From: Planctomycetota bacterium
GTDB taxonomy: Bacteria; Planctomycetota; UBA1135; UBA2386
Direction of reading: 5' to 3'
Assembly: GCA_041161695.1 (NCBI GenBank)
Contig: JBEATZ010000206.1
Location: 1-32,376 of the forward strand
Length of the DNA stretch: 32,376 bases
Position 1 is the first letter of the stretch; every line of letters starts with the position of its first letter. The translations under genes were made by a program, and so were the position numbers. Shown piece by piece: positions 25,862-32,376 of this stretch. Under the pieces are notes generated by a model, which was given only the letters and a program-made list of their open reading frames with translations, was not told the origin of the DNA and ran no database searches.

Positions 25862-26505
25862 GGTACTGGGACATCAGCGAGCCCATCGAGCCGCAGACCG
25901 CGGTGTTCCCGGGCGACACGGCCTTCACGGCCGAGTGGGTGGCGCGCATGGAGCGCGGCGCCTCGTGCAACGTGAGCACGATCCGCATGTCGGTGCACCT
26001 CGGCACCCACACGGATGCGCCCCTGCACTACGACCCGAAGGGCGCGGACATGGCCTCGGTGCCGCTCGACGCCTACATGGGCCGCTGCCGCGTCGTCGAC
26101 GTGCGCGGCCACGGCACGCCCTCGCTCATCCGCGCTGCCGACCTCACGCCAGCGATGCTCGCCGGCTGCGAGCGCATCCTGTTCCGTACCAAGGCCGTGC
26201 ACGACCACCGCACGTGGGACCCGGGCTTCACGGCACTCGGTCCCGAGGCCGCGGCCGTGCTCGTGCGCCACGGCATCCGGCTCGTGGGCATCGACACGCC
26301 CAGCATCGACTGGTCCGAGTCCAAGGACCTCGCCGGGCACAACGTGCTCAAGGACGGCCGCGTGGCCATCCTCGAGAACCTCGACCTCTCGGCCGTGCCC
26401 ACAGGTGACCACGAACTCATCGCGCTGCCGCTCCGCATCGTCGGCAGCGACAGCAGCCCCGTGCGCGCCATCCTGCGCGAACTGCCCCCGTCCACCCGCC
26501 CATGA
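25858..26505 (+). CDS. kynB: Kynurenine formamidase / arylformamidase (cyclase family)
   Basis: The ATG overlaps the kynU stop (ATGA). The cyclase-family metal motif HLGTHTDAPLH is present, with GIDTPSIDW downstream. Confidence 0.85.
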   Translation: MRYWDISEPIEPQTAVFPGDTAFTAEWVARMERGASCNVSTIRMSVHLGTHTDAPLHYDPKGADMASVPLDAYMGRCRVVDVRGHGTPSLIRAADLTPAMLAGCERILFRTKAVHDHRTWDPGFTALGPEAAAVLVRHGIRLVGIDTPSIDWSESKDLAGHNVLKDGRVAILENLDLSAVPTGDHELIALPLRIVGSDSSPVRAILRELPPSTRP

Positions 26506-26903
26506 AGCGTCCCGTCAATCCCGCGGATCTCGCCGACCCAGTCGGCTTCGCCCACGGCTGGCTCGTCGAGCACGGCGAGGCGCGCACGCTCTATCTCGCC
26601 GGCCAGTGCGGCTACGACCGATCGGGCGCCATCGTCGAACGCGGCGACCTCACCGGCCAGCTCGCGCGCGCCATGGACAACATCGGCTGCATCCTGCGCG
26701 ACGCCAACCTGGCGTGGACCGACGTGGTCCAGCTCAACTTCTACGTCACCAGCCGCAACGACTACGCGGTCGCGCGGCGCGAGTTCGGCAGGATCTGGAA
26801 GCAGCGCTGCGGCAGGCACTTCCCCGGCATGGCGTTGTTCCAGGTCGTCTCGCTGTTCGACCCGCATGCACTCATCGAGGTGCAGGGCATCGCCGCATGC
26901 TGA
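26502..26903 (+). CDS. RidA/YjgF/UK114 family enamine-imine deaminase-like protein
   Basis: The ATG overlaps the kynB stop (ATGA). 133 aa with LYLAGQCG, QLARAMDNIGCILRDANLAWTDVVQLNFYV and a C-terminal IEVQGIA. Confidence 0.85.
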   Translation: MKRPVNPADLADPVGFAHGWLVEHGEARTLYLAGQCGYDRSGAIVERGDLTGQLARAMDNIGCILRDANLAWTDVVQLNFYVTSRNDYAVARREFGRIWKQRCGRHFPGMALFQVVSLFDPHALIEVQGIAAC

Positions 26904-27220
26904 GCCGCACGGCATCCGCGCTGCTGCTCGCCCTGTGCGCGGCATGCGCCAGCGACGAGCTGGTGGTGACCGAGACCGACTTCACCGGCACGCGCGTCGA
27001 GGTGCGTTGCCTCGGCGACGGCTTCGTCTCCTACGAAGGCACCCGCATGTCGCTCGAGCGCTGCGTGCTGCTGCTGCGCCAGCGCATGCGCACCGACCCG
27101 CCGCCGCATGTGTGGGTGCACCTGCGCCTTCCCGAGGGCGACGTCGACGTGAGCGCGCAGGTGGACCGCCTGCAGCAGGAGTTCACGCTCATGGGCGTCC
27201 GCCAGGTCCGCTTCCCCTGA
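26897..27220 (+). CDS. Small putative lipoprotein with ExbD/TolR-like C-terminal pattern
   Basis: The ATG at 26897 overlaps the ridA end. The signal/lipobox-like N-terminus is MLSRTASALLLALCAAC. VWVHLRLPEGDVDVSAQVDRLQQEFTLMGVRQVRF resembles ExbD periplasmic domains. Confidence 0.55.
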   Translation: MLSRTASALLLALCAACASDELVVTETDFTGTRVEVRCLGDGFVSYEGTRMSLERCVLLLRQRMRTDPPPHVWVHLRLPEGDVDVSAQVDRLQQEFTLMGVRQVRFP

Positions 27221-27224
27221 TCCC

Positions 27225-27908
27225 ATGCCCCGCCTCAGCGCACACATTCCCCCCGACCTCGTCGTCTTCGACGTCGACGGCACCCTGCACAACGCCTTCG
27301 CGTGGTGGTCGCCCGTGATCCGCGCCGGCCTCAAGGTCTTCGCCGACCTCAAGGGCATCGACATCCCGATGCCCACCGACGAGGAGGCCGAGGCCGTGGT
27401 CGGCATGAAGGACGAGGCCGTGTGGGCGCCGTTCCTGCCCGAGGGCCACAAACACCTCTGGCCCGAGCTGCGCAAGACGGTCGTGCCCATGGAGGTCGAG
27501 GAGGTCAGCAGCGGCAAGGACTACCTGTTCGAGGGCATCCGCCCGATGCTCGAGCACCTGCGCGCCATCGGCGTGAAGGTCGCCCTCGCCTCCAACTGCC
27601 GCACCACCTACATGGGCGCGATGAAGCACGGCCAGAAGCTGGTCGAGCTGTCCGACTGGCAGTTCTGCCTCGACTCGCCCAACGTGAAGACCAAGCACGA
27701 CATGCTGTTCGAGGCCCAGAAGGTCTCGGGCGCCCACAAGGCCGTGATGGTGGGGGACCGCGAGCCCGACCACCATGCGGCCGAGCACATGGGCTGGCCG
27801 TTCATCTGGCGGCAGAACACCCGCTGCGCCATCCACCATGCCGATGCGGTCTGGTCCGGGGACCCCGACGAACTGCTGCGGTTGCTGGGCCTCCCGACCA
27901 TGCGCTGA
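27225..27908 (+). CDS. HAD-superfamily hydrolase (phosphatase-like)
   Basis: Motif I is VVFDVDGTL, motif II is VALASN, and motif III is K...MVGDREPD. It starts 4 nt after the preceding gene. Confidence 0.8.
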   Translation: MPRLSAHIPPDLVVFDVDGTLHNAFAWWSPVIRAGLKVFADLKGIDIPMPTDEEAEAVVGMKDEAVWAPFLPEGHKHLWPELRKTVVPMEVEEVSSGKDYLFEGIRPMLEHLRAIGVKVALASNCRTTYMGAMKHGQKLVELSDWQFCLDSPNVKTKHDMLFEAQKVSGAHKAVMVGDREPDHHAAEHMGWPFIWRQNTRCAIHHADAVWSGDPDELLRLLGLPTMR

Positions 27909-27975
27909 TGCGGCGGCCGGACTTTTCGGCAATCATCCTACATCCCGTCCGTAGAGCCGCGTCTGCGAGGTCTGC

Positions 27976-28353
27976 ATGGAATCCCTGGCCCTGGTCCTGA
28001 TGGTCATCTTCGGCTTCGTGCTCGCGCGCTCCTGGCTCGACCAGCGCGACAAGCACGTGCAGGCGCGCATGCGCCTCCTCGAGCAGGCCGTTGCCAGCGG
28101 CGTGACCGACCCCGGCCAGCTCGACCAGCTCGGCAGGCAGGCCGTGCCCGCGCGCGTGCCGCCGCTCAGCGCCTTCTCCCTGTGGGTCGGCTGGGTGTGC
28201 ATGTTCGTGGGCGCCGGCCTCGTGCTGGCGGCGCAGTCCACCGGCGACCTCGAGATGCAGACCGGCGGCCTGATCACCGGCGCCGTGGGCCTTGCCATGG
28301 CCACCTTCCCGTTCGCGCTGCAGGAACTGGAAATGCGTCGCGCACGCGCCTGA
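27976..28353 (+). CDS. Hypothetical membrane protein
   Basis: 125 aa. Hydrophobic helices sit at the N-terminus and in the C-terminal half (FSLWVGWVCMFVGAGLVLAA, LITGAVGLAMATFPFAL). Confidence 0.5.
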   Translation: MESLALVLMVIFGFVLARSWLDQRDKHVQARMRLLEQAVASGVTDPGQLDQLGRQAVPARVPPLSAFSLWVGWVCMFVGAGLVLAAQSTGDLEMQTGGLITGAVGLAMATFPFALQELEMRRARA

Positions 28354-28363
28354 TACTGCGCGA

Positions 28364-28924
28364 GTGAACCTGCCCGCACCGGACGAGCTCGAGGCCAAGG
28401 CGCGCGGCCTGATGGCGCAGTGGGGCGCCGCATGCGAGCCGTTGAGCGTGGTGTGGAACCGCCGCCTGCGCACGAGCGCGGGACGCGCGCTGCCGCGCAC
28501 CGGCCGCATCGAACTCAACCCGGACCTGCTCGCGAAGGCGCCCGAGCGCATCGAGGCCATCCTCGCGCACGAGGCTGCGCACTTGGCCGCCTACCGGCTG
28601 CACGGCCCGCGCATCCGCCCGCACGGCCGCGAGTGGGCCGAGCTGCTGCGCAGCGCCGGCCACCCGCCGCGCGTCACCCACGACCTGCCCGTCGACCCGC
28701 ACAAGCGCCGCACGCGCCGCCGCCGCTGGCTCTACCTGCGGCTGTGCGATGCCTGTGGCGCCCGCCGCATCGAGCGGTCCGTGCGCTACGACCCGTGCCA
28801 CAAGTGCAGCGCCGATGGGCGCTTCCTCGTGCTGCGCGCGCCGTCCGGACCCATGGGCTGGGCCGCGTTGCGCACCATGAGCTGGTCGTCCGTGCGCCAA
28901 CGCTGCACAATGGCGCGCCGATGA
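28364..28924 (+). CDS. SprT-like zinc metalloprotease-domain protein with C-terminal zinc ribbon
   Basis: RLRTSAGRA...IELNPDLL, the HExxH motif in ILAHEAAHLAAY, PHGREWAELL, and CDACG...CHKC. The GTG start at 28364 is chosen; the ATG at 28412 is the alternative. Confidence 0.75.
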   Translation: MNLPAPDELEAKARGLMAQWGAACEPLSVVWNRRLRTSAGRALPRTGRIELNPDLLAKAPERIEAILAHEAAHLAAYRLHGPRIRPHGREWAELLRSAGHPPRVTHDLPVDPHKRRTRRRRWLYLRLCDACGARRIERSVRYDPCHKCSADGRFLVLRAPSGPMGWAALRTMSWSSVRQRCTMARR

Positions 28925-29829
28925 ACCGCAACGCCGACATCTTCGAGGAAGTGGTGCGCCTGCGCCGCGAGGGCATCCCTGCCGCGCTCGCCACCATCGT
29001 CGGCACGCGCGGCTCGACGCCGGGCCGCACCACCATGCGCTTGCTCGTGCTCGAGGACGGCACGTTCCTCGGCACCGTGGGCGGCGGCTGCCTCGAGGCG
29101 GAGGTCTACGACACGGCGCTGCAGGTGATCGCCGACGAACAGCCGCGCACACTCACCTTCCGCCTGACGGAGAAGGACTCGCCCGACTCGGGCCTCATGT
29201 GCGGCGGCGAGGTCACCATCTTCGTCGAGCCCGTCACCACCCCCGTGCTGTGGATCTTCGGCGGCGGCCACGTGAGCAAGGCGCTGTGCCAGGTCGCGGC
29301 GCTCGCGGGCTTCCGCGTCACGGTGGTCGACGACCGCGCCGACTTCGCCACCAAGCAGCGCTTCCCCGAGGCATCCGAGACCCTGTGCGCACCGCTGCCG
29401 CAGGCGGTGGCGGACATGCCGCTGCGCGCCAACAGCTACGTCGTGGTGGTCACCCGCGGCCACAAGGAAGACGGCATCGTGCTCGAGGCGCTGGCGCAGC
29501 GGTTCGCCGCAGGCAGCCGCGCGCGCTTCCTCGGCATGATCGGCTCCCGCACCAAGCAGGTGGTGCTGTTCCGCCACCTGCGCGCAGCTGGCGTGGCCGA
29601 CGCGTTCCTCGACACGGTGCGCACGCCCATGGGCGCGTACATCGGCGCACGCAGCCACGAGGAGATCGCCGTCAGCGTGGTGGCCGAGCTCGTGGCCGTG
29701 CGGCGCCTCAACACCGACCTCGCCGCCACCTGGGCCGCGAAGACCAGGTCCAAGCCGCAGAACGTGGTGAAGGACCTGCCCGCCGAGCCCGAATCCGCGC
29801 GCGACGTCGACGGAGCCTGCGAGCGCTGA
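28921..29829 (+). CDS. xdhC: XdhC/CoxI family molybdoenzyme maturation accessory protein
   Basis: The ATG overlaps the SprT-like stop (ATGA). Motifs are ALATIVGTRGSTPGRTTMRLLV, GTVGGGCLEAEV, the Rossmann-like IFGGGHVSKAL, TRGHKEDG and PMGAYIGARSHEEIAVSV. Confidence 0.85.
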   Translation: MNRNADIFEEVVRLRREGIPAALATIVGTRGSTPGRTTMRLLVLEDGTFLGTVGGGCLEAEVYDTALQVIADEQPRTLTFRLTEKDSPDSGLMCGGEVTIFVEPVTTPVLWIFGGGHVSKALCQVAALAGFRVTVVDDRADFATKQRFPEASETLCAPLPQAVADMPLRANSYVVVVTRGHKEDGIVLEALAQRFAAGSRARFLGMIGSRTKQVVLFRHLRAAGVADAFLDTVRTPMGAYIGARSHEEIAVSVVAELVAVRRLNTDLAATWAAKTRSKPQNVVKDLPAEPESARDVDGACER

Positions 29830-29852
29830 AGCTGCGCGCTACGCTGCAAGCC

Positions 29853-32078
29853 ATGGGACGACCCTTTCGGCCCGTGCGCGTGCTGCTGTCCTGCGCCCTG
29901 CTGCTGGCGCTGGGCATCCTGCTGCTGCGCAGTGAGCCGGATGCCGCACCTGCGACGCCGGGCGAGCCGCGGGTGCAGTCCACCGGCGCAACGGCAAGCG
30001 CGGATGGCCCTGGGCCGCTCGAGCGCGACGCGGTGGTCGAGCCCGTGGTCCCGCCGCCTGCCTTCGCGTCCTTCGACGGCAATGGCATCCTGATCCCAGG
30101 CGCCATCCAGGACGGCATCGTTCTGCAGCTGCGCAGTGCATCCGGCGTGCCGCTCGAGGGCGCGCGCCTTGCTGCCGTCTGGAGCCGCCTCAGCGAGACC
30201 GATGGCTGGCTGTACTCCCGCGACGAGGGCACGACCGATGCGCGCGGTGAACTGCGCACCTCGATCCCCGCCGAGGTCGTGCGCCGCGGCGACCTCGACC
30301 GCATCGAGGCCGACGTGCCCGGGTTCGGGTCGATGGAGAGCCGCGGCGGGTTCTTCCTCACCGCCGGGCCGCCCGACGCGGTGGTGCTCGTGGTGCCCGA
30401 CACGGCGCACCTCACCGTGCGCGTCACCGACGAGGCCGGCGCACCCCTGGCCGGTGCATCCGTGCGCGTGGATTCCGAATCCGTGCTCGGCGGCCCGGGT
30501 GAGCACGTGCTGGTGGGAGATGACACCATCGAGGTCGCGAGCGACGTGCAGGGCAAGGCCACGATGAAGGTGCCTGCCGGGCGCTGCTCGGTCTTCGCCG
30601 AGTGCGAGGGCCACACGTGCCCCTACGAACTGCAGTGCAACCTGCCGGCAGGTCCCTGCGAGGTGCACATCGTGGCCCGGTCCATCGCGCTCCGCACCGT
30701 GACGGTGCGCGTCGAGTTGCCGCCCGGCATCGACAGCGAGGTCGAGCTCCGCGCCGAGACCAGCCAGGTGCCGACCCTGCCCGGGCAACCGCACGTGGCG
30801 TGGGTGAGCGGCGACCGCCGCTGGTTCAGCGCCGACGAGGTCGGTCCCCGCACCTACCGGTACGAGTTCGACCGCACCGCCTGGCACCTCGCCGTCGAGG
30901 CCGAGGGATGCGCACCCTGGTCGCGGTGGATCGAGGCCGACGAGCGCGAGATGACCGTGGCCCTCGCCCGCGACGAACGCTTCCGCCTGCGGCTGCACGT
31001 CACGCTGCCGGACGGATCCGATGCCAAGGGATTCAACTTGTTCCTCCACGAGCAGGCCGATGCGGGCAGGCAGCTGGTCCGCGACCGCTTCACCGGCGGC
31101 CGCCACGACCTCGTGCTCGACGCGGGGCCGCCTTGCATGGTTCAGGTCGCGGTGGGGGGATTCGCACCCGTGTTCCTCGGTCCCTTCGACCGCGCAGGCG
31201 GCACGCGCGACGTGAAGGTTGCCATAGCTCAGCCCGGCACCGTGCGCGGCACGCTGCTCGATGCCGCGGGCAAGCCGATCCTCGGCACCGTGAGCCTGTA
31301 CCGCCCCGCAGGCGCCCTGGCGCAGCTCGACCCGAGGGCGCCAGCGATCCTCGCCACCTGCTTCCGCAGCGACGTCGTGTCCACCTCCGAGGAAGGCACG
31401 TTCGAGCTCCGCACCATGGGCCCGGGATTGCACCGCATCGAGGCCACGCCGGAGGGACTCGACCTGCCGGCCGCAGCGCTCGTGCGCGCCGGCGACACCG
31501 TGGTGCTGCGCAGCGGCGAGGGCATCGGCGACCGCGTGGTCGTGCAGGGGACGGTGGTGGACCCCGAGACGCGCGCGCCCCTCGCGTACATGTTCGTCGA
31601 GGGCACAGGCCCCACCGATGCGCAGGGCCGCTTCACCACGGGGCCGTTGCCGCTGGATGCCGAGTTCGCGGTGAACGGGTCGGGGCGCGTGCACGAACTC
31701 GTCTCGCTGCAGGGCGTGCCGCCCGGCGTGCACCGCAGGGTGGTCGAGCTCGCGCGCAGCGTGCCGCGCTTCGTCCGCCTCGTCGACGCACAGGGACGCC
31801 CGGTCGAGGACGCCGAGATCCGCGTCGAGCGGCCCGACAAGGGCGGCCGCTTCCGCACGCTCCTCACGCACGCGGGCATGCAGGCGGGCGCCGAGGCCAC
31901 CACCGATGCAAACGGGCGCGCCGACCTGCTCGGGTTGCCTGCCGGCCCGCACGTGCTGCGCGTGCAGCGCCACGAGCGCGGCGCGTCAGGCTTCCTCCTG
32001 GTCGACGACGCTGCCGTGAAGACGATCCCGCTGCCTGCCGACGCAGGCGTGCGCACCGTGGCCGAGCTGCGCTGGTGA
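29853..32078 (+). CDS. Large secreted protein with repeated carboxypeptidase-regulatory-like beta-sandwich modules
   Basis: In-frame ATG at 29853 inside ORF 29199..32078, with the signal-anchor VRVLLSCALLLALGILLL. Motifs of the type LTVRVTDEAGAPLAGASVRV, VRGTLLDAAGKPILGTVSL, VQGTVVDPETRAPLAYMFV and VRLVDAQGRPVEDAEIRV recur. Confidence 0.7.
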   Translation: MGRPFRPVRVLLSCALLLALGILLLRSEPDAAPATPGEPRVQSTGATASADGPGPLERDAVVEPVVPPPAFASFDGNGILIPGAIQDGIVLQLRSASGVPLEGARLAAVWSRLSETDGWLYSRDEGTTDARGELRTSIPAEVVRRGDLDRIEADVPGFGSMESRGGFFLTAGPPDAVVLVVPDTAHLTVRVTDEAGAPLAGASVRVDSESVLGGPGEHVLVGDDTIEVASDVQGKATMKVPAGRCSVFAECEGHTCPYELQCNLPAGPCEVHIVARSIALRTVTVRVELPPGIDSEVELRAETSQVPTLPGQPHVAWVSGDRRWFSADEVGPRTYRYEFDRTAWHLAVEAEGCAPWSRWIEADEREMTVALARDERFRLRLHVTLPDGSDAKGFNLFLHEQADAGRQLVRDRFTGGRHDLVLDAGPPCMVQVAVGGFAPVFLGPFDRAGGTRDVKVAIAQPGTVRGTLLDAAGKPILGTVSLYRPAGALAQLDPRAPAILATCFRSDVVSTSEEGTFELRTMGPGLHRIEATPEGLDLPAAALVRAGDTVVLRSGEGIGDRVVVQGTVVDPETRAPLAYMFVEGTGPTDAQGRFTTGPLPLDAEFAVNGSGRVHELVSLQGVPPGVHRRVVELARSVPRFVRLVDAQGRPVEDAEIRVERPDKGGRFRTLLTHAGMQAGAEATTDANGRADLLGLPAGPHVLRVQRHERGASGFLLVDDAAVKTIPLPADAGVRTVAELRW

Positions 32079-32130
32079 GTGGTCGGTCGGTGCGACCTGT
32101 GCCGGCTGCCCGGCAGGCAGGTCCTCGCGG

Positions 32131-32376
32131 TCAGTCTGCGACCTTCAGGTCGGCAAGTGCGTAGGTGAAGGTGCGCGAGCGCTCCACCTCACCGGCCTGG
32201 ACGATCTCGACCTGCAGGAAGCCCGAGGTGCGGGCGCCCAGGTCGATTTCGTATGCGAACAGCTTGCGTTCCAGTGACAGGCGCTTGTCCAGCGCCTTCG
32301 GTGCGCCGAGGTCCTCGAAGTTCGCACCGGACATGGGCAGGTTCTCGGACCACCGGTAGCGCACGCGCTCCAACTC
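32131..32376 (-). CDS. Hypothetical protein, C-terminal fragment (gene continues beyond the window)
   Basis: The frame is open to the window edge and the composition is protein-like (FEDLGAPKALDKRLSLERKLFAYEIDLGARTSGFLQVEIVQAGE). No family recognised. Confidence 0.4.
   Translation of the reverse strand, partial: ELERVRYRWSENLPMSGANFEDLGAPKALDKRLSLERKLFAYEIDLGARTSGFLQVEIVQAGEVERSRTFTYALADLKVAD

Overview
This is a very GC-rich bacterial chromosomal segment (roughly 70% G+C by eye, not computed). I call 33 densely packed protein-coding genes, many with overlapping stop/start codons. I recognise no rRNA, tRNA, CRISPR array, transposase, integrase or phage gene. Most content is housekeeping. It includes moaA and rsmD. 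A heme O/heme A synthase operon (ctaA-ctaB) is fused to an ABC-2 exporter and a DUF420/CtaM-like gene. A coupled manA-rluB-M16-M16 string follows recN, then Nif3, an AI-2E permease and an alkaline-phosphatase-superfamily phosphodiesterase. On the minus strand, groES-groEL is preceded by a stand-alone receiver gene and a zinc-ribbon/poly-acidic gene. Further genes are a kynU-kynB-ridA-lipoprotein-HAD string, SprT-like plus XdhC, and a large secreted multi-beta-sandwich protein. The phylum cannot be fixed from the sequence. Frequent lack of Shine-Dalgarno sequences and the gene content fit a Planctomycetota-like or similar high-GC lineage, but that is speculation. No classical defence or mobile system is visible. 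The best candidates for undescribed biology are: (1) the ABC-2 pump and DUF420 gene coupled to ctaA/ctaB; (2) an AT-rich ATGTTAGG direct repeat (GTTA-N7-GTTA) on the recN start, a possible non-canonical SOS operator; (3) a 118-aa zinc-ribbon protein whose last 69 residues are 90% Asp/Glu, co-oriented with an orphan response regulator and groESL; (4) the uncharacterised block at 20.3-24.6 kb (membrane anchor, 687-aa secreted protein, frameshifted TolB_N/TPR gene). All functional calls rest on motif recognition in the supplied translations. No database search was possible.
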